Positions 38,584-51,245 of a DNA stretch of 64,000 bases are shown here, in pieces. This stretch comes from Octopus vulgaris. Its lineage: Eukaryota. The stretch covers positions 17,918,001 to 17,982,000 of the forward strand of contig OX597837.1 in the NCBI GenBank assembly GCA_951406725.2, in the 5' to 3' direction. Positions within the stretch are counted from its first letter, which is position 1, and each line of letters opens with the position of its first letter. Position numbers and translations under genes: made by a program. Under the pieces are notes generated by a model, which was not told where the DNA came from, did not search any database, and worked only from the letters and a program-made list of their open reading frames with translations.

Positions 38584-41234
38584 CCCTTTAGTGTTCAGAT
38601 TAATTTGTCAAATGTAATGCTTATCTGTTCACATTAATTTTGATTTATTCAGGTTCAAATGGGGTGTCCACAATATTTGCTTGTAACTTTGTTAATTTTC
38701 TACATACAGATTTGAAATTTTGTAAATGGGTGCTTATATGCCAGTGGTTTATAGTTATGTAATTTTAGCTGATCTTTCTGATTAAATTTGACTTTTATGG
38801 GCAGGTAAATTTAATTAACGAGTGTAAACAACAATAGCATTATGAATAAACACTAAAATTCATATTCTTAATACATCTTACCTGTTTGATTCGTTACTAA
38901 AATTATCCCAGATGTTAGCCGCTAACAATTTTACATTTTTTAAAGATGAGGTACATTAATTTGAATTAATTAAAATACAGGTGTAATCAGTACAAGATTA
39001 CTCTATATTTCATTCAAACATTTTCATTGAAAATAAAGTACAAAACTATTTTACTAGTCAGTATACCATTGGTTATGTACTCCTATACAAGTTAATGAAT
39101 TCATTTAGGTAACAGTGCATCTAATAAAAAAAGCTCATTAACAGGTGAGACAAAGGTGAATACAGGTGTGTAACATACTGAAAATTAATATGTATTTCTC
39201 ACTTTCACATATTATTTATAATAAAATGAAAAGGAATATATGATAAAATAATATAATTATGACATATTTCTGTCATAAAACTGCCCAAAGCACCCTTTAC
39301 ACAAGGGCACTTTGCAAAAGGAACCCATATACGAAGTCTCAATCTGATAACCTTTTGCAGTTTTTCTTTTTTGCAGTGAACACAGTCTACAAATATTTTT
39401 TCTTCCATTTATCTTCTCAACTTTATGAAAGTCAATATTTTCTCTGTTGACATCCACCTCAGTTAATTTTGCTTTTCTCCAAGTTCTGTGCTTTCTAGAA
39501 GAAAAGCCCTTACATAACTGAGATGTGATGTCAACCCAAAATTTCAAATGGTGGCTTTTTTACATATACAATATATGAATTAACTATAGTTAAATTAACT
39601 AAAAACCACAAAATGTACCTCCTCCATTTCTCCCCAGGTTGACTAACTGGGTAATATGCTCGATATTGGTCAGATTTATCAACCCTGCCCCTATATTAGT
39701 TATAACAAATATTCACTAGAGGTTTCCCCTCAGTACCAACACCAGGTTGTTCATTAGTAGAGAGAAATAAAATCTGTCCTTTGTCTTTGAAAGCAGTAGC
39801 TAATAAATTTTCCTTTTGCATTTGTAAAATGTCCCCTCTTTCTTTTAATTTTATTTTCATTTCACGGAGTAAACCTTTACGGTTCCTCATAACAGTACTG
39901 CACGTGTAAGTACTTACACGGGCAAGATTTTCTGCCAAAGCCACTGAAGAAGAAAAATGGTCAAAATAGAGGTGTCGGTGCTGATGGTGAAATGATTCAG
40001 TAAGAGACTATATGTCCCAATCCATATGGTCTGTTTCCATTATATTTTTTACCTCTGTGAACATCAAAGTTTGCACAATATCCAGTGTCTCATTCACAAA
40101 CCTCCCATACCTTGATCCCCCATTTAGTGGGTTTGGCAGGCATGTACTGCCGAAAATGTATTCTGTCCTATCATGGCTTCATCTACACTGAGATTTTTCC
40201 CAGGTAGATACACAGTTTTATAACTATTAAGGAGTAAATCAGTTACAGGACGTACTTTGTACAGGAGATCGTAGTTTGGGTCGTTTTTGCTGGGGGCATT
40301 AGCAGAATCAATTAAATGTAAATACCAAGATATTTTCGAATACCTTGTCTTCTACATTATACTTGAGATATATGGATCACCATACCTTATATCAGGACTC
40401 CAGTAGTTCCACAGTTGAGGAAGCTGTTGAAGACCAAACATAATATTGATTGTGAAAAATGTTCTCATTTCTGCTGTATAAGTTGGCTCCCATAGTGGAT
40501 CATTTCTTCTGCGAATAGAAATTATACATTGCGCATATTTGTTTGCTTTTGACACTCGGCTCATGAAATATTTTTGAGGAAAGGATTACATTAAAAATAA
40601 GTTGATATTTTTTCTTTCTTCAGCAATTGTAATGTATTGTTTAGTGTTCAAACTGGCCAAAATTAATTCCCCTTGTTCAAACCGGCCAAATCTGGCCGTA
40701 TCCGACTGCTCTTCGAAATCAAAAAACTTTCTGGTAAAAATAAAATGGTTGAGCATCAGGAGGTAAATTGTGTTGTGGACCAGTGTTTTCTGTGAAATCA
40801 GGAATAGTGATTGGTGTTGTAATCTTTGACCATGTTGCTATGTTTACGATATCATTTTCATCACTTTCTTTTTCAAAATCTTCCTTCTCCAGCGAATATT
40901 CACTAATATCGATATCATATTCATCCAAAGACAAAATATTCTTGTTTTCATTTATATTTTCCATATCGTCAAGAGTAAAACTTTCAATGTTGAAGCCATT
41001 CATTAAAAACTAAGGTACAGACTTCTCATCAAATGTTGAAAAAACCATGTGGTCTAAACAATTTCACAGTATTTATACTTGAATAAAGGCAGGAAAGGCT
41101 TCATCTCGCATTATCTCAAAGCTACAAGAATTCAATAATGTGATTTGTTTTTAGCGATTTCATAGAGCAGTCGGATACAGCTGGTTTGAACAAATAAAGG
41201 GGAATTAATTTTGGCCAGTTTGAACACTAAAGGG
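38584..41234 (-). mobile_element. piggyBac transposon (PGBD4-like transposase pseudogene)
   Basis: TTAA-CCCTTTAGTGTTCA ... TGAACACTAAAGGG-TCAA. Minus-strand acidic N-terminus, YDLLYKVRP, QYMPAKPTKWGIKVW, HLYFDHFSSSV, TVMRNRKGL, GRVDKSDQ, and C-terminal Cys-rich CRLC..C.VPLCKGCF. Confidence 0.92.
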
Positions 41235-41409
41235 TCAAACAATATATTACAATTGCTGAAGAAAGAAAAAATATCAACTTATTTTTAATGTAATCCTTTC
41301 CTCAAAAATATTTCAGGAGCCGAGTGTCAAAAACTTAAGTGCTAAGATTTTGGCTATGGTAAGTCACCCACTTTACATTTTTATTTATATTTAAACTTTA
41401 TAAATACGT

Positions 41410-41790
41410 TTATACTTTATACTTTACTCTTTTACTGGTTTCAGTCATTTGACTGTGGCCATGCTGGTGCACCACCTTTAGTCGAGCAAATCGACCCCAG
41501 GACTTATTCTTTGTAAGCCTAGTACTTATTCTATCGGTCTCTTTTGCCGAACTACTAAGATACAGGGACAAAAACACACCAGCATCGGTTGTCAACACAA
41601 GCATATATATATATATATACATATATACGATGGGCTTCTTCCAGTTTCCATCTACCAAATCCACTCACAAGGCTTTGGTTGGCCCAAGGCTATAGTAGAA
41701 GACACTTGCCCAAGGTGCCACACAGTGGGACTGAACCTGGAACCATGTGGTTGGTAAGCAAGCTACCTACCACACAGCCACTCCTATGCC
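41410..41790 (-). mobile_element. tRNA/CORE-like SINE
   Basis: Reverse complement of the 10866-11309 family, including the tail. Confidence 0.88.
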
Positions 41791-42199
41791 TATCATGTTC
41801 ATATTTTATATATATTTATAATTTATGTGTTTATATGTTATGTATATCTGTACTCCATGTTTTTCATTTTTTGTTTTCTGCTCATTTGTTCATTTAACGT
41901 CTGTTCTTCCATGCTTGCATGAGTTTGATGTGGAGTTACTTAAGGCAGAATTTCAAAGCCAAATTGACTTCATGCCACTAACTCTTACCTGTTTTCCAAG
42001 TCAGGGACTTTTTAAATTCCACAGATCATTGAAAGTGCAGAGTGACTAGTCAGTCATAATCCCAACAACAAATGTCAACATCATCTCCATCTTGCTCAAG
42101 TGATGACAAGCATAAATTATGAACATTCATACATATTCACACACGCACACTCACACATACATGTATATATGTGTCTCTCTATCTAACACTTTATATCAT

Positions 42200-42705
42200 A
42201 ATCATCATCATCATCATCATTTAATGTCTGCTCTCATGCTGGCATGGGTTAGACAGTTTGACTGGAGCTGATGAGCCAGAGAGTTGTACCAGGTTCCAAT
42301 CTGATGGTTTCTCCGGCTGGTTAGCCTTCCTAACACCAACCACTCCAAGAGTGTAATGGGTGCTTTTTACATGCTACTGGCATGAGTGCTATTTACATGA
42401 CACCGGCAACAACCATGACTACAATTCATGGGTGGATGTCATTTACATGGCACTGGCAACAGCGACGACTACAATTCATGGGTGTCATTTAGATGGCACT
42501 AGCAGCAACCATGATGATTCAAGGGTGCCATTTGCATGGCACCAGCAATGACTATGCGCATGGTTGCCATTTACATGGCACCACCAACGACCACAATTCC
42601 CAGGTGCCAATGTACATGGCACTGACGATGACCACTAGCATTGACCTCGATGATTTGCAGGTGCCATTTATATAGTGCCATCAGTGACCATGACTGATGC
42701 ACAGG
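42200..42705 (-). mobile_element. RTE 3' end with degenerate ~40-45-bp tandem hairpin repeats
   Basis: (CAT)n tail, RTE terminal motif, then ~8 copies of GTGCCATTTACATGGCAC with related linkers. Confidence 0.8.
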
Positions 42706-42717
42706 TATATATATATA

Positions 42718-43716
<999 letters not shown>

Positions 43717-44098
43717 CATCATCATCATCATCGTTTAACGTCCGCTTTCCGCGCTAGCACGGGTTGGACGGTTTGACCGGGTCTGGGAAGCCAGGGCCGC
43801 TCCAGGCTCCAGTCTGAATCTGGCAGAGTTTCTACGGCTGGATGCCCTTCCTAATGCCAACCACTCCGTGAGTGGATTGGGTGCTTTTTACGTGCCACCT
43901 GCACAGGGGCCGGAGGGTCCGGCATCGTCACGATCGGTTCGAGCATTTTAACGTGTCAGCGGCACGGGGGCAACGAGGTCCGGGGTACTTTGGGGATCGG
44001 GGTACTTTGGGGATCCAGGGTACTTTGGGGATCCGGGGTACTTAGAATGGGTAGGGGGTATGTGGAATTGCTGCAGAAAGCAGCCCGGGTCTTTGTAG

Positions 44099-47000
44099 TC
44101 ACAGCATATCTCCAGAGATCTCGGTCCTTCGCCATTGCCTCAGTGAGGCCCAATGCTCTGAGGTCATGCTTGACCACCTCATCCCATGTCTTCCTGGGTC
44201 TACCTCTCCCCTGATACCTTCAACTGTTTGGGAGTGGCACTTCTTCACACATCTCTCTTCATCCATCCGCAGCACATGACCATACCATCGCAAGCGTCGC
44301 TCTTGCACACCACATCTGATGCTTCTTATATCCAGCATTTCTCTCAGGATACTTACACTCTGTTTTGCGTGCACACTGACACTACACATCCAGCGGATCA
44401 TGCTAGCTTCATTTCTTTCAAGTCTACGCATGTCTTCTGCAGTCACAGCCCATGTTTCATTACCGTGAAGCATGGCAGTTCGCACACATGCATCATACAA
44501 TCTACCTTTTGCTCTGAGGGAGAGGCCTTTTGTTGCCAGTAGGGGTAGGAGCTTTCTGAACTTTGCCCAGGCTATTCGTATTCTAGTGGTGATACTCTCT
44601 GTGCATCCACCTCCGCTACTAACTTGGTCTCCCAGGTAGCGGAAACTATCAACTACTTCTAGTTTCTCTCCCTGGAGTGTGATGGAATCTGTTTTCTGAG
44701 TGTCTGTTGTGTCTATTGTCCCTGTGCATCTGCCGCACATGAAAGCTATCTTATCTGTTAATTTCCCTTTAATGTTGCTGCACCTCTTATGTGTCCATAA
44801 CTTACATTGGGTGCATCTTATGGAGTTTCTACCTGTACCTTTCCTACAGGTTGAGCAGGGCCACCTACCCGAGGGGATGTGTGTTGAGTACCTCTTGCTG
44901 CTTACTAATACTTTGGTCTTTGCTACATTTATTCTAAGGCCCTTTGATTCCAACCCTTGCTTCCACACCCGAAATTTCTCTTCTAGTTCCGGTAGTGATT
45001 CTGCTATGAGAGCTAGGTCATCGGCATAGAGGAGCTCCCAGGGGCATCCCGTTTTGAATTCCTCTGTTATTGCCTGAAGGACTATGATGAATAAAAGGGG
45101 ACTGAGGGCTGAGCCCTGGTGCACACCTACTTCTACTCGGAATTCTTCACTATATTCGTTGCCAATCCTAACCTTGCTAACAGCCTCTCTGTATAGAGCC
45201 TGTACAGCCCTTATTAGCCATTCTTCAATCTCCAGTTTCCGCATCGACCACCAGATAAGGGAACGGGGAACCCTGTCAAAGGCTTTCTCCAAGTCTACAA
45301 AAGCTATGTAGAGGGGTTTATCTTTAGCTAGGTACTTCTCCTGCAGTTGTCGGACCAGGAATATAGCATCAGTGGTGCTTCTACCTGGTACAAAACCGAA
45401 CTGCATTTCATCTAAACAGATTCTCTCCCTAATGAGATTGGTTATGACCTTCTCTGAGACCTTCATCACCTGGTCCAACAGTTTGATACCTCTGTAGTTA
45501 TTTCTATCTAGAGCATCACCCTTACCCTTGTAGCAGTTGACTATGGTACTGCTGCACCAGTCATTGGGTATGGCTCCATTGTGAACTACCTGGTTTACAA
45601 TGCGGGTGACTATGGTATGGCCCACATAGCCAGCTGTTTTAAGCATCTCAGCAGTGATTCCTGATAGGCCAGGGGCTTTGCCTGGTTTCATATCCTTAAT
45701 TGCCTTATCTACAAGGGAGCTGTCTATTCGGGTAGCTGGTCCCTCTACTGGGTCAACATTTGGCAGGCTCTCCTCCTCCCATTCATTCTCCTCATTCAGC
45801 AGTCTTTCATAATGGCTTCTCCAAGCCTCTTTCTTTTCACTAGTAGTAAAAGCAAGTGCCCCATCATCCATGCGGACACATTTCTCTCCTATAACATCGC
45901 TATTTTCTCTGACACACTGTCTGGCAATCCGAAATACTTCAGCTCTTTGATCCTCGCGACGCTGGACATTGGCAAACTTCTTCTTTTCTGCTACATCTTT
46001 GGCAATGTATACCTGCCGCCCAGCCTCCCTTTTGGCTATCTGGTACAGTTCCCTGCTGCCCCCATCCTTCCAGGCTTTCCAGGCCCGTCTCTTTTCACAG
46101 ATGGCTTTATCTACTGCACTATTCCACCACCACGTAATTCTAGGTCTGGAAGGGACTTTGCACCATCCACAAACTTGGTCTGTGGCACTCAACAAGCTGT
46201 CCCATAGGAATTCCCAGCTACCTTCTATGTCTGACGTCTGAAGCTCCTCTTCCCTCTCATCAAATTTCTTGATGAGTATGTCCCTAAATTTCTGACCATG
46301 CGAAGGGTTCTTTAGCCTCCAAATCCTTCTTTTCTGGATTGGTTTGTTTCTTGGAGTCCTTCTGGCCTCAAGCTTAAAGTCACTGATGATTAGTCTATGC
46401 TGAGGGATACATTCTTCACCTGGGAGGGTCTTTGTATTCAAGAGCAACCCTGCATCCCGTTGTCTGGTGAGGATGAAGTCTATTTGGCTAGCGGAGTCTC
46501 CTGACTGATAAGTTATAAGGTGGCAGACTGGCTTCTTGAAGTTAGTGTTGCAGATTGAAAGGTTACATGCATCACAGAATTCCAGTAGTCTAGTTCCCTC
46601 ATCATTTCTGGTGCCAATACCATAGCCACCATGTACCCCAATGAAGATACCCGATTCCCGCCCAACATGCCCATTAAAATCTCCACCTACAAAGATGAGG
46701 TCCTTGTTACTAGTCTTTGAAGTAGCCTGCAGAAGGGTATCATAAAAGTTGTCCTTCTGATCATTTGGTAGTCCCGCTTGTGGGGCATAGGCTGAGATAA
46801 TCATAGCTGTGCCACTCTGTAGGACCAACCTGAGCTTAAGCACTCTATCACAAACCCTGACAACCTCTATGACCTTATCCACCCATTCCTCCGCAAGGAG
46901 AATGCCTACACCCCCTACACCTTCCGCGTTACCTTGCCAGTAGAGTTTGTATCTAAGTGCCTTGCCCGTGAGGACCCTAGCCGAAGCATCTCTCCATCTT

Positions 47001-47221
47001 ACCTCTTGTATGCAGCATACATCAACCTGTCTTCTCTCTAGCATCTCTACAATCTCACTAGACTTGCCTGTCAATGTACCAACATTGATGGTGCCAACTC
47101 TGAAAACTGGGAAGGAGATGTGGGGGGACGGGGGGATTCGGCGCCTGAAAAGAGGAGGGTTGTAGTGGTGGTGATAGTTTTCGTGGTATTTTTCTTTTGA
47201 TCTCTCTTCCAACCTGACCAC
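44099..47221 (-). CDS. RTE ORF: AP endonuclease + reverse transcriptase with inserted PHD-type zinc finger; the true C-terminus continues to ~43956 after a 1-bp frameshift at ~44207
   Basis: VGTINVGTL, CCIQEVRW, GGDFNGHVG, IDFILTR, QHRLI (APE); KAPG, NYRGIKLL, FVDLEKAFDRVP, VHQGSALSPLLF, LYADD, FRYLG (RT); no stop in 1040 codons. Confidence 0.93.
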   Translation of the reverse strand: MVRLEERSKEKYHENYHHHYNPPLFRRRIPPSPHISFPVFRVGTINVGTLTGKSSEIVEMLERRQVDVCCIQEVRWRDASARVLTGKALRYKLYWQGNAEGVGGVGILLAEEWVDKVIEVVRVCDRVLKLRLVLQSGTAMIISAYAPQAGLPNDQKDNFYDTLLQATSKTSNKDLIFVGGDFNGHVGRESGIFIGVHGGYGIGTRNDEGTRLLEFCDACNLSICNTNFKKPVCHLITYQSGDSASQIDFILTRQRDAGLLLNTKTLPGEECIPQHRLIISDFKLEARRTPRNKPIQKRRIWRLKNPSHGQKFRDILIKKFDEREEELQTSDIEGSWEFLWDSLLSATDQVCGWCKVPSRPRITWWWNSAVDKAICEKRRAWKAWKDGGSRELYQIAKREAGRQVYIAKDVAEKKKFANVQRREDQRAEVFRIARQCVRENSDVIGEKCVRMDDGALAFTTSEKKEAWRSHYERLLNEENEWEEESLPNVDPVEGPATRIDSSLVDKAIKDMKPGKAPGLSGITAEMLKTAGYVGHTIVTRIVNQVVHNGAIPNDWCSSTIVNCYKGKGDALDRNNYRGIKLLDQVMKVSEKVITNLIRERICLDEMQFGFVPGRSTTDAIFLVRQLQEKYLAKDKPLYIAFVDLEKAFDRVPRSLIWWSMRKLEIEEWLIRAVQALYREAVSKVRIGNEYSEEFRVEVGVHQGSALSPLLFIIVLQAITEEFKTGCPWELLYADDLALIAESLPELEEKFRVWKQGLESKGLRINVAKTKVLVSSKRYSTHIPSGRWPCSTCRKGTGRNSIRCTQCKLWTHKRCSNIKGKLTDKIAFMCGRCTGTIDTTDTQKTDSITLQGEKLEVVDSFRYLGDQVSSGGGCTESITTRIRIAWAKFRKLLPLLATKGLSLRAKGRLYDACVRTAMLHGNETWAVTAEDMRRLERNEASMIRWMCSVSVHAKQSVSILREMLDIRSIRCGVQERRLRWYGHVLRMDEERCVKKCHSQTVEGIRGEVDPGRHGMRWSSMTSEHWASLRQWRRTEISGDML

Positions 47222-47799
47222 GCCGTGGGCAGGAGCTGGTGTTAGCAGTGGACATTCGTTATCGTCACTGAGTAACGTAATTAGGTAGAGGAAAGAAATA
47301 CAGATATTCTAGAGTTGAGTTGGGGAGGGGGGACCAGTTGAGGCGGGTAATATAGGGGAGCAACCAGTGGGGAAGGTTGGGGTAAGGAGGAACGATGGCA
47401 GGAAGGGTTGGTGTAGGTTCCTAAGAAATAAAAACGTAGGATATTACGAGGCGGGAGGGTACTAAAAGGGGATGGTCGGATTGAGGCAGTGTCAGGAGGA
47501 AGCGTAAGATCGGTGGGCAGTTGATGAGCTATGGCGCTAGCAGCTTGTCTTTTCACAGTGAAAGCATATGAGGAGAAGGGGTAGTGGAGGGAGGAGGAGG
47601 GAGTAGGGCGTACCCGGTGTAGATGAGTAAGGCGTATCCGGTGTAGATGGTGAGAACAGGGTATACTGGTATTGGTGGTGGGGGGTGAGAACAGTGTTCA
47701 CCGGTATTGGTGGTGGCGGCGGTGAGAACAGTGTTCACCGGTATTGGTGGTGGGGGTGAGAACAGTGTTCATCGGTATTGGGGGTGGGGGTGGGGGCGC

Positions 47800-48392
47800 A
47801 CCGCCAATGGCGGAAAGATGGGAAAAGATGGGATTACGGCTTGAGGCAGCCTAAGGTTAAATTTTGTAGAGAGAGAGATAGGAAAGATAAATCAAGTTAT
47901 GGCGAAGGCTTGAAAGTAGCCTAAAAGGTTAAATTTTCGTAACAATGTATGAATAAACGTAGTAACAACGAATAAAAATAGTAAGATAAATTTTTAAGAA
48001 CTTGCTGCGGGCATCGACCGGGGGTTGAAATTGAAGAAGAAAGTAAGTTGAACTGGGAATTTAAATTGCAGAATCGTAATGGTAATGGCGATTTTCAAGT
48101 TTTAGCATAAGAAGAAGAAGAGGAGGAAAAAGACCGCCAATGGCGGAAAGATGGGAAAAGATGGGATTACGGCTTGAGGCAGCCTAAGGTTAAATTTTGT
48201 AGAGAGAGAGATAGGAAAGATAAATCAAGTTATGGCGAAGGCTTGAAAGTAGCCTAAAAGGTTAAATTTTCGTAACAATGTATGAATAAACGTAGTAACA
48301 ACGAATAAAAATAGTAAGATAAATTTTTAAGAACTTGCTGCGGGCATCGACCGGGGGTTGAAATTGAAGAAGAAAGTAAGTTGAACTGGGAA
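47800..48392 (-). promoter_or_regulatory. tandem 333-bp 5' monomers of the RTE (one full plus 260 bp of a second), putative internal promoter
   Basis: 47800-48059 and 48133-48392 look identical by eye. The promoter role is inferred from position. Confidence 0.55.
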
Positions 48393-49173
<781 letters not shown>

Positions 49174-49321
49174 AAGTAGATAAATGAATTATCTTATTAC
49201 GGATAATTCAAATGATAACTGATACCTGGGTAGCAAAAATCACAACAGAAAAAGCACAGTTGAGGTTACGACCATGGGGCCTAAAATCTTCCTACACTAA
49301 ATATATATATATATATATATA

Positions 49322-49376
49322 TGGGTTGGTCCAACCCATGCTAGCATGGAAAACGGACGCTAAATGATGATGATGA

Positions 49377-49380
<4 letters not shown>
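49322..49380 (+). mobile_element. extremely 5'-truncated RTE tail in (TA)n
   Basis: TCCAACCCATGCTAGCATGGAAAACGGACGCTAAA(TGA)n. Confidence 0.8.
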
Positions 49381-49466
<86 letters not shown>

Positions 49467-49877
49467 ATATATATATGTATGTATGTATATAAATGCATAC
49501 ACCCTTTGTGTTGCTACTTTATAATTTATATGTATGGGTATAAACCTTAATACCTGATGGAGTTCCAGGGATACTTGAATGACACATGGAATGACTTTAA
49601 CATTTTAAACCTGGCATAGCCCATACCTTTTATATATGAAAACAGCTGATGTTTTTGAAAGAAAAGAAGAGAAAGAAAGAATTCACTCCAGTAGTGGTCT
49701 GGTGCTTTTTATTTATCAAACCCTATAAGATAAAATGGAAAATTCTTTTAGGCGGTACTTGTTCCCTGAGGGAAGACAGCCAGAATGAATACCACAAGTC
49801 TTTCTGGCCAGTATTTTTATGTCTCTGTTAACTTAGCACCTTACTATATATATGTATGTATGTGTGTGTGTGTGTAT

Positions 49878-51146
49878 GCCGTAAAAACCCATGTAATTTA
49901 TGCACTTTTTTCACAAAAATAAAAATAAACTTTAGGAGGTACATAAATTACATGAGTAGATTGTTTCCAGAATTTTTTTGAAATTTTTTTTGTTGGAAAA
50001 AGACATGCAAAATATAAACATTTGTACCGGAAGTTGACTCGTCTAATGTCAGAATAGGTTTTTACAGAAAAATTAATGGCTTAAATATAATGAAGTTGAC
50101 TTTTATTCATGCTGGATGGTATAATGCTTACTGTTTCTGTATAAATTTACTAAAACCATTAAATGGTTAACTACTTTTTGAAGTCTGATGTTCATGCTGG
50201 TAAACATGGTCTGGGCCATATTTTACATTGCTTGGAGTTTCTACCTATTGTAATGGAGCACCATTGGCATACATAGGGATATGGATATTCCTGACTGAAA
50301 AAAATGTAATGATATGCATAATCTTGAATGGAGTTTTTTTTTTTTTTTTTTTTGTCTGTTTCTTACTAGGTACAGTTTTAAGTTTATCATACTGTTTATG
50401 CCAATTTCAAACATTGGCTTCATTAACATTAAAATGCCTTCCAGCAGATCTATTGTCATGTTCAAATGCATATTCAACATATTTAATTTCTCCTTCACAG
50501 TAAATGATTCATAAGTTCTGCCCATACTGACAATAACTGTAAGGACAAATTTTAAAATTTGCTTGACATTTTGTTAGTGTGAAAGGGATTAAAATTTTGA
50601 CACTCCATATCAAAGGTTCCAACAAGAATAGGCGGAAAGGAATTCTCTTTACATAATCAGTTTGATCAGTCACTTTCCTCTGTCAGTTGAGTAAAGTGTC
50701 ATCCAAGCCAATGTTTATTGGTTATTAAACTTAATTTGCAACACCTGTATGTATTTATCAGCTTTGTTTTTGTTGGTAATCCTTATCAACAACTTTTCCT
50801 GTGATTGTGATTTGAGAAGACACACAGCAGTATGCTAAAGATTGGACATAATCTCTTGTGGGCAAGAAATGTAAAATAAAGTTTATTATAAACAACACAA
50901 ACACTTTTAAATTTAATAGCTTTCAATGTGATACTTGTTAAACAGAAATTATTTTTATTTAATGAAAATTTAATAAAATCTAATCATAAGTAAGTGAAAT
51001 TATGCTAAATACAACTAAATTGTAAACCTTTTCCCCCTGGCAATTCTGAAAACTTTTGGGTGCGAATTTTACATGAATAGAAGCTTTTATTAACAAATTT
51101 TATCCTCAAAATCACCTGCATAAATTACACGGTTGCACAAATTTTA
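49878..51146 (-). mobile_element. pogo-like (POGK/Brinker-DBD type) DNA transposon remnant
   Basis: Left end CCGTAAAAACCCATGTAATTTATGCAC, subterminal CATAAATTACAYG repeats at both ends. Frameshifted MGRTYESFTVKEKL..YAFEHDNRSAGRHFNVNEANVRNWHKQ resembles the Brinker-type DNA-binding domain. Confidence 0.7.
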
Positions 51147-51148
51147 TA

Positions 51149-51245
51149 ATGAGCGAAGTAGTTTTAGGCACTTTTAGAGAGACCTTTTGTTTTAATGTTA
51201 TTATCAGATGCTTCTTATTCTTTCTTGCTCTGCTGCTGTTACCAG
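51149..51245 (+). other. weak candidate first coding exon (signal-peptide-like)
   Basis: ataATG MSEVVLGTFRETFCFNVIIRCFLFFLALLLLP followed by a strong phase-1 donor CAG|GTAAGC. Confidence 0.2.

Noticed and set aside
42360-42705. Palindromic repeats with variable spacers resembling CRISPR
   Set aside because: The linkers are homologous to each other and the array is part of an RTE 3' UTR.
44186-47165. Plus-strand ORFs opposite the RTE ORF
   Set aside because: Antisense shadows of a real coding frame, with no recognisable motifs.
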